Below, in pieces: positions 9,480 to 18,408 of a stretch of 35,620 bases of DNA (the stretch's first letter is position 1; each line of letters opens with the position of its first letter). The position numbers and the translations under genes were made by a program. Source of the stretch: a virus (lineage: Duplodnaviria > Heunggongvirae > Uroviricota > Caudoviricetes); IMG/VR virus record IMGVR_UViG_3300029643_000041; one strand, written 5' to 3'. The notes under the pieces are model-generated. The model was not told where the DNA came from. It saw only the letters and a list, made by a program, of their open reading frames with translations, and searched no databases.

Positions 9480-10942
9480 TATGCAGCCCTTACGATATAG
9501 TTAAATGCAATATTTCGTGGACGGGTTTCGCTCCCGCCATATGATGATGTAAATCCCGAATATGCCCGGTGTCCCGCATCCGTCGTATTAGCCCAGGAAG
9601 GACCGCTAGAAGTATAGATGACCCCATTGTAATCATGGCCGTGTGCCTCAATGCTCCCGTCCTGAGCAGACAGGAGAGTCCGTCCTGAATCAATTCCTCT
9701 TCCATCATCCCACCCACGAATGAATTCGCCGCGTAAATCTGGCAATTTATTTGTCGGATAAACTTTTGCCAGTTCCGGATACTCTTCGGCAGAAAAAGCT
9801 GCACCGTTGCATTTCAGCCAGCCTGTTGGCGGTGTGACTGAAGGCCACGGAACAGGCACACCTACGGGTAATGCAGAGCCTTCTCCTAAACCAAGGTATG
9901 AGAGAAGACCAGCGACATCCTTTCCACTCAAATTAGTCAGCGTATTGTCCAGCGGTTGTTTACCTGCCAGCGCATTAAGCATTGTCGTGGCAAAGTTCGG
10001 ATCATTCCCCAGTGCCGCCGCCAGTTCGTTCAGTGTATCCAGTGCAGCAGGTGCTGACCCCACCATTGCTGCAATTGCCGATTTCACAAAAGCCGTGGTG
10101 GCAATCTGTGTATTGTTAACCGACTGTGCGGCAGTGGGGGCTGTTGGCGTTCCGGTGAGTGCCGGACTTGACAGCGGCGCTTTCAGTGCCAGCGCATTGT
10201 TAATGGTGGTACTGAATTTCGGATCATTGTTAATGGCTGCGGCTAATTCTTTCAGCGTGTCCAGCGTGGCTGGCGCACCATTAATCAGGGCCGTCAGTGC
10301 CGCCTGAACAAACGCGGTGGTCGCAACCTGCGTGGTGTTATTCCCTGCCGCTGGCGTTGGCGCTTTTGGTGTCCCGGTAAACGTCGGACTTTCTTTGGGT
10401 GCATACTGTGAATGCGGGTCCGGTGCGGCAAGATGTTTTGCCATCTGATCATCCACGTACACCTTCAGCTCCAGTACCTTGTCATCCACATACTTGCGGG
10501 TTGCCAGCACTACGGCAGGGTCGATTTTCAGGGTGATATTGTCCGTGCTGCTGGTAATCAGCACCATGCGCACGGTCTGGGTACGCCCGCTGCCTTCAGC
10601 CAGTTGCGGTTTATAGCTTTCCGGGCAGTTCCCCACGGCAATCAATGCCCCTGACTCATCAAACAGGCCCACTTCACGTATCCACCAACCGCCCTCGTTT
10701 TCAGGGATCACCTGTTCAGCAATAATCTGGCTGCTGTTCTGCGGGTCGATATAGAGCATATTCAGCGCAGCCCGGCGTTTCTCATTTACCAGTGCCGTCT
10801 GCTTTGCGTCCGGCGTCGGCAATGCTCCGCCGCCATCGCCCACCGCCATATGGGTAATTTTTAGCGGCACACCGAGCGCGGCGGCGCTGGCAAGTTTCGC
10901 CGCGCCAATATCCGTCAGCAGGGTATAAAATTTTGTGCTCAT
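9479..10942 (-). CDS. H: Tail fibre protein H
   Basis: 487 aa; N-terminus MSTKFYTLLTDIGAAKLA typical of P2 H; internal tandem fibre repeats; C-terminal WLKCNGAAFSAEEYPELAKVYP...DLRGEFIRGWDDGRGID receptor-domain motif. Confidence 0.9.
   Translation of the reverse strand: MSTKFYTLLTDIGAAKLASAAALGVPLKITHMAVGDGGGALPTPDAKQTALVNEKRRAALNMLYIDPQNSSQIIAEQVIPENEGGWWIREVGLFDESGALIAVGNCPESYKPQLAEGSGRTQTVRMVLITSSTDNITLKIDPAVVLATRKYVDDKVLELKVYVDDQMAKHLAAPDPHSQYAPKESPTFTGTPKAPTPAAGNNTTQVATTAFVQAALTALINGAPATLDTLKELAAAINNDPKFSTTINNALALKAPLSSPALTGTPTAPTAAQSVNNTQIATTAFVKSAIAAMVGSAPAALDTLNELAAALGNDPNFATTMLNALAGKQPLDNTLTNLSGKDVAGLLSYLGLGEGSALPVGVPVPWPSVTPPTGWLKCNGAAFSAEEYPELAKVYPTNKLPDLRGEFIRGWDDGRGIDSGRTLLSAQDGSIEAHGHDYNGVIYTSSGPSWANTTDAGHRAYSGFTSSYGGSETRPRNIAFNYIVRAA
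9881..9906. repeat. Inversion crossover site 2, inside H
   Basis: ttctcctaaaccaaggtatgagagaa encodes LLSYLGLGE in the H frame; inverted relative to site 1. Confidence 0.65.
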
Positions 10943-11544
10943 GGATTCACTCTCATTGTGTCAATAACATGGACCGCCCCGCCTTCATGCGCGGTGCCAC
11001 CGGAAATAATCGTTTCGTTGATATACGGATAGATCGTGATTTCTTCGCCAATATAGCTGGCGGCTCCCACCCAATGCGGGCCGCTGGTCTGCAGATTGAT
11101 GGACATGCCGATCATGTGGCGGCTACATGGTTTGGCATCGCTTATCAGTCGCTCAAGTTCCAGATAGGTATCTTCAGTGATGCCCTGGTCCTGCACGCCG
11201 ATATCCAGGCGAAACGTGCCCGGTGCCTCTCCGGTTTGCCACCACTCAATAATGCGGATCAGAAAGCCGAACGGCTCCACCACCCGCCGCACGGCACTGG
11301 TGGTCCCTTTATGCTGATGAATATAAAAAGCATCCTTCACCACCTGGCGCTTGACGCTTTCTGTCCAGCCCTCGTCCCAGCGATCCACAGAGAACGCCCA
11401 GGCGAGATAAGGCAGGAAACTGACCGGACAGGTTGCCGGATTCCACAAGTCACGAAGCGGCACCTGCAGATCAGAAATCCCGCTGCAGGTTTGCGCCAGT
11501 CGGCGCTCCAGTGGTGTTGAACCCGGTGGCAGCAGACTATTCAT
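10939..11544 (-). CDS. I: Baseplate assembly protein I
   Basis: 201 aa between J and H; recognised as gpI family. Confidence 0.8.
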   Translation of the reverse strand: MNSLLPPGSTPLERRLAQTCSGISDLQVPLRDLWNPATCPVSFLPYLAWAFSVDRWDEGWTESVKRQVVKDAFYIHQHKGTTSAVRRVVEPFGFLIRIIEWWQTGEAPGTFRLDIGVQDQGITEDTYLELERLISDAKPCSRHMIGMSINLQTSGPHWVGAASYIGEEITIYPYINETIISGGTAHEGGAVHVIDTMRVNP

Positions 11545-12445
11545 CCGTTCCTCCGTTGGTTACGCTCCACTGCGTACATGATGCCGCCTGTGTTTTGTTC
11601 AGGACCACATCCGCCAGAGGAGAAGCCAGCTCCACACGCTGCACACCCTCAACATGCAGGGCGGCAAAGATGGCGCTACGGCGAATATCCCGACCAAGAC
11701 GCGTCTGACTGGCGATGTACTTCTGCAGGCTGGCTTTTGCCGCTGCCATTACCGGCTCTGCTTCCGGTCCCGGATAGAGAAAAATGGTGGCTTCCACGCG
11801 ATACGGGATGATTTCTGCGCTGCGAACCGTAAGACGGTCAGCCACCGGGCGGACGTTCTCACTGTTCAGAGCTTTTTCCACCACGTCCAGCAGGTCTTTT
11901 TCTGCAGTTCCATCGCCTTCGCGGCTAAGGACTGTCAGCACCACCTCTGCAGGTGCCGGGCTGGTTGCACTGGCATCCGCCACCCGACCGTCGGCGCTTC
12001 GGGCATGAAATTCATAAGCTGCAGTTGGCCCCGCAACTGAAAGCCCTTCAAAGGCTGCAGGCACACGCAGGCGTAACGCTTCATCGCTTTCCATCACAGC
12101 TGCAACGGGCGGCACAGCATCATTATCAGCAGGCGTCACCGTCAGGCGTGTCACGTTGTAGTTGGCAGCGAGCTGGTCAAGATCGCCGCCCATCGCGTAA
12201 GCCACCATCACCGCCTGCGCGGCTTCGTTAATGCGCTGGCGCAGAAGCAACTCACGGTAAGCGTTCTCCTGCAACAATTTAGTGACGGGTTCAGATTCCA
12301 GTTCCAGCGTGCGGATCACGGCTTCCTGCTCATCTTTCGGATGAAGCGCCACAAATTCTGCCTTGCGTTCGGCAAGCAGTGTCTCAAAGTCCGGCACATC
12401 CACAATCTGCGGTGCAGGCAACTGCGAAAGGTCAATCACTGCCAT
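11537..12445 (-). CDS. J: Baseplate protein J
   Basis: 302 aa from the internal Met (MAVIDLSQLP), matching P2 gpJ length; the track ORF starts 13 codons upstream at a GTG. Confidence 0.8.
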   Translation of the reverse strand: MAVIDLSQLPAPQIVDVPDFETLLAERKAEFVALHPKDEQEAVIRTLELESEPVTKLLQENAYRELLLRQRINEAAQAVMVAYAMGGDLDQLAANYNVTRLTVTPADNDAVPPVAAVMESDEALRLRVPAAFEGLSVAGPTAAYEFHARSADGRVADASATSPAPAEVVLTVLSREGDGTAEKDLLDVVEKALNSENVRPVADRLTVRSAEIIPYRVEATIFLYPGPEAEPVMAAAKASLQKYIASQTRLGRDIRRSAIFAALHVEGVQRVELASPLADVVLNKTQAASCTQWSVTNGGTDE

Positions 12446-12791
12446 TCTCTGCTCCTGTTGATACGGAAAGGGACACAGGCACACCGTTATTCCGCCGCCC
12501 GGTCAGCTCCACCACCATAGAACCGTCAAAGTTGCTGTTGATGGTGATGGAATCCAGCGTCAGCCGTGGCTCCCAGCGACTCAGCGCCACATACACTGCC
12601 GACATGACCTGCAGGCGTAATGCCGGATTTTGTGGCTGATCTATCAAAACCGACAGGAGGGAACCATATTCCCGGCGGGCAATGCGGCTACCCTGCGGTG
12701 TCAGCAGAATGTCCCGCACCGACTGGCGCAGATGATCAATATCAGTAATGACTTTGCCGCTGGTATTGTTCATCCCGCTATAAAGCGTCAT
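12432..12791 (-). CDS. W: Baseplate wedge protein W
   Basis: 119 aa (P2 gpW is 115 aa), position between V and J. Confidence 0.8.
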   Translation of the reverse strand: MTLYSGMNNTSGKVITDIDHLRQSVRDILLTPQGSRIARREYGSLLSVLIDQPQNPALRLQVMSAVYVALSRWEPRLTLDSITINSNFDGSMVVELTGRRNNGVPVSLSVSTGAENGSD

Positions 12792-13366
12792 ACCGGGCCT
12801 CCGGTTGTATCGCCGCCTTTCAGGACGCCAGTATGCTGATGCGCATCAACCACAATCCCGTTAGAGCTCATCGCTCCGCCGCCCTGGGTAACGCCACCAT
12901 TGATCACCACTTCGCTGTTAATACGCGTGCGGTCAGCCTCCAGTACAAACTCACTGGTTTTCATGGTGATGTTGTCAGCGGCCTCAATGACCATTGATTT
13001 GATGCCCCTGACATACCAGCGTCCGGTGGCGGGTTCGTATTCAAACCAGCCACCGTCAGGATGTTCTGTCACGCAGGCGTCCGCCGACGTCGACGGTGGC
13101 GCGAACTGATTCGAATAGATGGCGGGTAACGCAAAGGCGGTTTCCAGATTGCCGCCCAGACTCAGCAGCACCACCTGCTCACCTTCCGATGGTCGCCACC
13201 ATGTGCGGGCATTCCCGGCACGCAGCGTCAGCCAGCTGATCCAGTTGGTTTCAAGCTCGCCCGTTTTCACCCGGCAAAGCCAGTTTTCCCTGTCCACTTC
13301 GGTGACTACCCCAGTGCGGATCAGGTTGGTGATAAGGCGCATGATTTCGGTTAATTGTGCGTTCAT
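12788..13366 (-). CDS. V: Baseplate spike protein V
   Basis: 192 aa; first gene after a late promoter dyad; recognised as gpV family. Confidence 0.8.
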   Translation of the reverse strand: MNAQLTEIMRLITNLIRTGVVTEVDRENWLCRVKTGELETNWISWLTLRAGNARTWWRPSEGEQVVLLSLGGNLETAFALPAIYSNQFAPPSTSADACVTEHPDGGWFEYEPATGRWYVRGIKSMVIEAADNITMKTSEFVLEADRTRINSEVVINGGVTQGGGAMSSNGIVVDAHQHTGVLKGGDTTGGPV

Positions 13367-13412
13367 AGGGAAAGGTTGCCATCAGGGGAAGAAAGGCGGC
13401 AGTGCTGCAACT

Positions 13413-13430
13413 TGTATCAGTGCTGATACA
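13413..13430. promoter_or_regulatory. Candidate late promoter dyad (TGT-N12-ACA) upstream of V
   Basis: tgtatcagtgctgataca, a near-perfect palindrome 47-64 nt upstream of the V start. Confidence 0.45.
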
Positions 13431-13434
13431 AAGA

Positions 13435-13881
13435 TCACCCCGCCAGCCATTGCAGAATCATGTCGCGGGTCATTGCCTCAACATCATCATTTACACCCAG
13501 AAGGCGACGCTCTGCGTAACGGACCTCCGGTCCTTTGCGGCTGACGCGATCACGTAAGCCGTAGTGATGAACACGGGCAATGCGCTGTACCTTGCCTTCA
13601 AACTGCACGCTGGCAGAGTCGGCGCTGGCGGCAGTTTTCAGGTATTTTGTGGTGCGCAGCTTTGTAAACATCTGACGTTTGATGCGCCCCTTTTTGCTGC
13701 GTGCTGTTACCCTGCGCGGCTCATAACTGCTGCCATCAGGATTGCGCTGCATCCTGATGTTCTGCTGCTGTGTCCGGCGCAGTTCCTGCGCCAGCTGGCG
13801 CATCATGCGGCTTCTTGCGGCTGGCTCCAGATTCGCCAATAATGCACTCAGCCAGTTGTCCACCTTCTGCAGTTCAGCCAC
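13435..13881 (-). CDS. S: Tail completion protein S
   Basis: 148 aa (P2 gpS is 150 aa). Confidence 0.85.
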   Translation of the reverse strand: MAELQKVDNWLSALLANLEPAARSRMMRQLAQELRRTQQQNIRMQRNPDGSSYEPRRVTARSKKGRIKRQMFTKLRTTKYLKTAASADSASVQFEGKVQRIARVHHYGLRDRVSRKGPEVRYAERRLLGVNDDVEAMTRDMILQWLAG

Positions 13882-14326
13882 GTTTCACCGTCCACATTTC
13901 TTCAGGTTCATCAGGTTCCGCTACCGCTTCAACGTTCGACACACTGCCGTCAGTGCTGACTAGCACACGCTCCGTCAGTTGCAGGTTAAGGCTGATATCA
14001 CAGACATCGTTGCGCAGAATATCCACCTCAAAGGTGAATAGCTTTTCCCGTAACGCCGGGTTATTGATGGCATCGGGCTGGTTATCCCGCAGCCACAGCA
14101 AAACCGGGGCCATCAGCAGATTCTGGTCGCCGCTGAAATCCTCAATCACCACGTTCAGGGTGTAGCGGTACTCCCATGACATGGAGCTGGCCCCCGTGGC
14201 AACCAGCGAACCGTTATCCACAAACAGATGCAGTTTGTCCGGGTTATTGCGGACATAAGGCACCGCTTTATTGAGGGCGTGGCGCAGGGATTGTGGTTTG
14301 TTCACTGTTTCGCTCCTGACACGCAA
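13874..14326 (-). CDS. R: Tail completion protein R
   Basis: 150 aa; an alternative GTG start with an AGGAG Shine-Dalgarno lies 7 codons in (about 14305). Confidence 0.8.
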   Translation of the reverse strand: MRVRSETVNKPQSLRHALNKAVPYVRNNPDKLHLFVDNGSLVATGASSMSWEYRYTLNVVIEDFSGDQNLLMAPVLLWLRDNQPDAINNPALREKLFTFEVDILRNDVCDISLNLQLTERVLVSTDGSVSNVEAVAEPDEPEEMWTVKRG

Positions 14327-14558
14327 TAATCATGTCCACTTTGTCTGCACAGACCGCCCAGGCGGCCTCCGTTTCATCCAGCAACTCGTTCAGGTCACCG
14401 TTAGTGCGCGGCGCTGCCTGCACCAGCCGACACGGCGTCACTCGCGGACAACCACTGACGGTAAGCTGCACCTCCGGTGAGTGCCGGACGTTCCCGCAGC
14501 CGGATAATGTCAGCAGGCAAAGGAGTATCAGCCCAGCGGCGTAAATCCTCGTTCTCAC
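14268..14558 (-). CDS. lysC: Outer-membrane spanin lipoprotein LysC (Rz1-like)
   Basis: 96 aa; signal peptide with lipobox LLTLSGC; out-of-frame overlap with the 3' end of lysB, as in P2. Confidence 0.7.
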   Translation of the reverse strand: MRTRIYAAGLILLCLLTLSGCGNVRHSPEVQLTVSGCPRVTPCRLVQAAPRTNGDLNELLDETEAAWAVCADKVDMIIACQERNSEQTTIPAPRPQ

Positions 14559-14829
14559 GTTTCAGTTCCTCGATCCGGCGTTGTCGTTGTCTCAGCTGTG
14601 CGCTGGTCTGTTCTGCTTCGGCATAGAGCCGCGCCTGCTCCCGGTTATTGGTTTCAGTCAGAATGGACAGGCTGATAAGCTGGCTGTTGCTCTTTGCCAG
14701 TGCCTGGCTTTTGCTCTGCAGCTCGTCTGCCTGCGTGCTGATGGTCTGGCTGGCATCAGCCAGCCGCCACGTCTGCCAGCCCAGCGCCGCCAGTAATAAC
14801 GCCAGCACAACCAGCAGCAACCGGTTCAT
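14401..14829 (-). CDS. lysB: Inner-membrane spanin LysB (Rz-like)
   Basis: 142 aa; N-terminal transmembrane helix followed by a coiled-coil periplasmic region. Confidence 0.8.
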   Translation of the reverse strand: MNRLLLVVLALLLAALGWQTWRLADASQTISTQADELQSKSQALAKSNSQLISLSILTETNNREQARLYAEAEQTSAQLRQRQRRIEELKRENEDLRRWADTPLPADIIRLRERPALTGGAAYRQWLSASDAVSAGAGSAAH

Positions 14830-15203
14830 GCTGCTACCTGTTGCGCCATCTGATTACGGGTGATCCAGAAGGCAATAACGGTCAGTAGATAAAAGACCAG
14901 GGTAATAGCCCCCCCCGTCCAGGCGAGACTTACAACAATCAGCAATCGCATCACCCAACTGGTAAATACGTTTTCTTTTCGGGTAATTGTCTTCAGCAAA
15001 GATGCCCTTAACTCCTGCCAGAGCGGGCCATTCTTAATTAACGCAGCCAGTGCTACCGGAATTACCGCCCATGTCAGCAAACAGGCTACCCAAACGCCGG
15101 ACGCTGCCAGTACCGGAAAAATCCCCTGCGGATACACCATTGCTGCGATTAACAGCGCCATCCATAACATCAGAAACAGTCCGCTGATTAATTTCTTTTT
15201 CAT
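14826..15203 (-). CDS. lysA: Lysis timing membrane protein LysA
   Basis: Multi-transmembrane protein; start placed at the ATG preceded by AGGGAG (MKKKLISG...); the track ORF extends 24 codons upstream into K. Confidence 0.65.
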   Translation of the reverse strand: MKKKLISGLFLMLWMALLIAAMVYPQGIFPVLAASGVWVACLLTWAVIPVALAALIKNGPLWQELRASLLKTITRKENVFTSWVMRLLIVVSLAWTGGAITLVFYLLTVIAFWITRNQMAQQVAA

Positions 15204-15204
15204 T

Positions 15205-15717
15205 TCAGTTTGCTCCCTGTAAACACCAGGCCATCTCCCGCGCACGGCGGTTATCCAGCCCCTGATTAAAAACACCTTTCACATAAACCCAGCGCGGCAA
15301 CTGTCGGCACGCATCTGCCCAGCGCCGCTGATTGAGTAAATTCACCAGCGTGGAACTGCAGGCATTGCCCGTTCCCACGTTGAAGGCAAACGACACCGCA
15401 GCGTCATACACCTTCTGCGGCGGCTGTTGCTTCACACACCTTTCCAGCGCCCGCTCCACACGCAGCACGTTGGAGATCAGCCCTTCCGCTGCCTGTCGTT
15501 CCGTAATGGTTTTGCCGGGAATGACGCCCGATGTATTACCAATGCCGTCGGTCCAGACACCCGCGCTGCACTGATACGGCTGCAGACGACAGCCTTCGTA
15601 ATCGGCAATCAGTTTCAGCCCCTCCACGGAGGTGTGAAGCTGCTGAAAACCCGGCAGCGTGGCAGCAATAGCCAGCACGGTCCCGACAAGGCAGCGTTTA
15701 ACGATTGATGGATTCAT
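15205..15717 (-). CDS. K: Endolysin K (phage lysozyme with hydrophobic N-terminus)
   Basis: 170 aa (P2 K is 165 aa); hydrophobic N-terminal segment (LVGTVLAIAATLP) suggests a signal-anchor-release type; lysozyme-like core. Confidence 0.8.
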   Translation of the reverse strand: MNPSIVKRCLVGTVLAIAATLPGFQQLHTSVEGLKLIADYEGCRLQPYQCSAGVWTDGIGNTSGVIPGKTITERQAAEGLISNVLRVERALERCVKQQPPQKVYDAAVSFAFNVGTGNACSSTLVNLLNQRRWADACRQLPRWVYVKGVFNQGLDNRRAREMAWCLQGAN

Positions 15718-15913
15718 AGTCCTCCCGCGAGATCTGCCCGTCGCGCAGAAGCTGGTAGGCTTTGTGTTTGTAGTACCAGTTGATAGCCAGCATCAGCACA
15801 CCAATCATCAGGCCGCCCAGCGTTGAGGCATCCTTGATGGACAAATCGCCCAGCCAGGCCAGCACGACGGCGATGCAATACGTGATAAAGGCGCTGATTC
15901 GCTCAAGCGTCAT
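15698..15913 (-). CDS. Y: Holin Y
   Basis: 71 aa with two hydrophobic helices and a charged C-terminus, directly upstream of the endolysin. Confidence 0.65.
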   Translation of the reverse strand: MTLERISAFITYCIAVVLAWLGDLSIKDASTLGGLMIGVLMLAINWYYKHKAYQLLRDGQISREDYESINR

Positions 15914-15916
15914 AAT

Positions 15917-16120
15917 TCAGTCCCATAGCTGGACGGTCTGCACAGTGGTGGTGGTCGGAATGTCCGGCAGCTCCACCTGCAGCCCGTGAGGTAAAAAGGG
16001 GCCGTATTCGGCAAGCCCCGGATTTGCCTTCAGTACCTGCTCCGTGACACCCTGCGTGCGCCCGTAATGACGCCAGCAAAGCGCGTCCACCGTGTCATAC
16101 TGATGCGCACGCACTTTCAT
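15917..16120 (-). CDS. X: Tail protein X
   Basis: 67 aa (P2 gpX is 67 aa), between L and the holin. Confidence 0.8.
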   Translation of the reverse strand: MKVRAHQYDTVDALCWRHYGRTQGVTEQVLKANPGLAEYGPFLPHGLQVELPDIPTTTTVQTVQLWD

Positions 16121-16647
16121 CAGATAAGCTCCACTGTGCAGTGCGGCGCATCCTGCACTCGGCTGATGGCCCAGCGGGCGTCACGCCACAAATCACCGCT
16201 TGCTTCCGCCAGTTCCTCGCCCCGCTTCACACCGGACGCCGTGGCGTCATAGTCCTGGTAACGTTCGTTGAGCATGGCGCGTGCCCAGCAGTAAACCGCG
16301 TTGAAATAGTGCTGAATGCGCTCACTTTTGCCGTCCAGCTGTTCCGCCGGAACCTCTGCCAGCGAGGCATACCCCAGCATCTGCTGGCATCTGCGAAACT
16401 CATACAGCTCTGCGTTGACCTCCGAAATTGCCGACAGCGCAACCTGCTTTAAACGCGGCTGCGTCACCGTGCCGTCAGTGCGCATCACGCTGCGAAACTC
16501 CGACAGGTCCACATCAGGCCAGAACGGCGTATTCCTGATGATTTCCGCCTGTTCCGGTGCCTGTTCTGGCGCAACAAACTTCATGCTGCTTTCTCCTGAA
16601 ATAGAGGGCGGTGGACGGGGTTTTGATGTGGCAGTGCCTTTCGCCAC
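16120..16647 (-). CDS. L: Head completion protein L
   Basis: 175 aa, between M and X. Confidence 0.8.
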   Translation of the reverse strand: MAKGTATSKPRPPPSISGESSMKFVAPEQAPEQAEIIRNTPFWPDVDLSEFRSVMRTDGTVTQPRLKQVALSAISEVNAELYEFRRCQQMLGYASLAEVPAEQLDGKSERIQHYFNAVYCWARAMLNERYQDYDATASGVKRGEELAEASGDLWRDARWAISRVQDAPHCTVELI

Positions 16648-16679
16648 CCCGTGCCGCCCGTGCGCGGGGGCACGTTCTG

Positions 16680-17330
16680 TCAGCGGCTGTCATTGCGCAG
16701 TCTGCGCTCCAGCTGCTGTTTGTCTTTTTTCACGCCACAGCGGGGATCGAGCTGTAACGCATGGTTGAGATGATTAAGGGCGGAAGCCGGATTGCTTTCA
16801 CTCAGGACAGCGCCAATCGCTTTATGCAGACGCGCCCGTGACTGGTCCGGCATATCCAGACCGTCTGTCAGCTCCAGCGTCTGCAGCAACAGATCGACAT
16901 CGAAGCCGGTAGTGGCAAGCATTGCGCTCTGTGCCGCGTCTGCCATTTCCTCTGCCAGCACGGTCTGCACGTTGCGGTTACCCAGCGGCATCACCCAGCC
17001 ATGACGCAGAGCATGACGCCCAATCTCCAGCGCCCCGGCATAATCGCCGGCATCAATGCGCCACAGCATCACGTACATCAGCACGTCATCCTGTTGAGCG
17101 CCTCCGGCAGCCAGGACACCCTCCGCCCAGGCGGCGTACTTTGGCAGCAGCTCCACTTTGATTTCCGCTTTTTTGACCGTGGACTGAACGCCCTTGAGGC
17201 GGCGGCGGTCTTCCGCCAGTTGCAGCAGCATCAGGTCATAGCCCGACGCGTGGCGAACACTGCCACCCTCACGAGCGGCCTGTTCAGCCTGAACGCGCAG
17301 GCGATGCTGCCGTGCGGGACTCAGGCTCAT
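16680..17330 (-). CDS. M: Terminase small/endonuclease subunit M
   Basis: 216 aa; recognised as gpM family (…YDLMLLQLAEDRRRLKG…DDVLMYVMLWRIDAGDYAGALEIG…). Confidence 0.85.
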   Translation of the reverse strand: MSLSPARQHRLRVQAEQAAREGGSVRHASGYDLMLLQLAEDRRRLKGVQSTVKKAEIKVELLPKYAAWAEGVLAAGGAQQDDVLMYVMLWRIDAGDYAGALEIGRHALRHGWVMPLGNRNVQTVLAEEMADAAQSAMLATTGFDVDLLLQTLELTDGLDMPDQSRARLHKAIGAVLSESNPASALNHLNHALQLDPRCGVKKDKQQLERRLRNDSR

Positions 17331-17333
17331 GGG

Positions 17334-18392
17334 TTACGCTCCGGCTTCTGCTGCAGCGGCGCTAAAATCGCCAATCTGGATGTTTTCCACCAGTGCTGCG
17401 CAGCGGTAGTCCTCAACCACATAGGCTTCGTTAACGGATTCAAAGTTTTCAATCCGGTCACGTTTCGGGTTGTCGATAACTGAACGGCGGCGGGTGTCTT
17501 CCTGCCAGTAGATGGACAGGTTATCCAGACGGGTGATCAGCAGCGCATTCGGCGGGAAGAATGGCGCACGCACGGCCTGCAGGCCACCCATGCGTTTCTG
17601 GCTGATGATCATATCGGCAGCCAGTTTTTCACTGTTTTCCTGCTCTTTGTTGACCAGCGGGAAATACTTGTCAGACAGCAGTTCACGACCGCAAATCACC
17701 ACCAGATCGTCATCGTCCTGGTAGACCACGTCGATAAGCTCATTGACCGCATCCATCACTACAGCGTCCAGGTTGGCATATTCGCCACCTTTGCCGACTT
17801 TCACTGCGCCCGGTGTGGTTTCACCGCCCGTGGTGGTGCTGCCCATGACGTGATCCGGTGCATCCTCACGGATTTTCTGCAGCCAGCCTTTGTTCACATC
17901 CTGCAGCAGCGGGTTTTCGCTACGGTTGGAGGTTTTCGCACGCTTCACGCCGTTAAAGCCGATCATGATGCGGTCCAGTGCCTGACGTTTCACGATGGCG
18001 TCACGGATACGCACCTGGAAATCCTGAAACTTCGCCCACAGGTCCAGCTTCGCGTAGGTCAGCACCGTGTCAAAGTTGGTCTGCTCGCATTTATATTCCA
18101 CATCGACCATCAGCGTCGGATCGACAGGCTCACGCTCTTTTGCGGTGGTATCAGTGGTTCCGGCAATGGTGCTGCCAACACCCAGCCCCAGCAACTGACC
18201 AGACTGCTCAGTCACTGGCGTGACATTAATCAGCGTCAGGAATGCGGCGGATTGCTGGATCTGGTCTTCCAGCGTCTGCTGCACAGACGGCTCTACAGTG
18301 AACTTGCTGGACAGTTCTTCAACTGCCACACCGTTCAGACGCGCCAGCTGCTGCAGGTAAGCGTTAAAAGCAAAGCGGGTATTCTTCTTCAT
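17334..18392 (-). CDS. N: Major capsid protein N
   Basis: 352 aa (P2 gpN is 357 aa). Confidence 0.9.
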   Translation of the reverse strand: MKKNTRFAFNAYLQQLARLNGVAVEELSSKFTVEPSVQQTLEDQIQQSAAFLTLINVTPVTEQSGQLLGLGVGSTIAGTTDTTAKEREPVDPTLMVDVEYKCEQTNFDTVLTYAKLDLWAKFQDFQVRIRDAIVKRQALDRIMIGFNGVKRAKTSNRSENPLLQDVNKGWLQKIREDAPDHVMGSTTTGGETTPGAVKVGKGGEYANLDAVVMDAVNELIDVVYQDDDDLVVICGRELLSDKYFPLVNKEQENSEKLAADMIISQKRMGGLQAVRAPFFPPNALLITRLDNLSIYWQEDTRRRSVIDNPKRDRIENFESVNEAYVVEDYRCAALVENIQIGDFSAAAAEAGA

Positions 18393-18408
18393 CAGGTTTT
18401 GTGCTCCA

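Larger units (their letters stand above)
8092..9906. other. Invertible tail-fibre segment (about 1.8 kb)
   Basis: Flanked by the two inverted crossover sites with an adjacent invertase; contains two convergent variable C-term plus Tfa cassettes. Confidence 0.65.
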
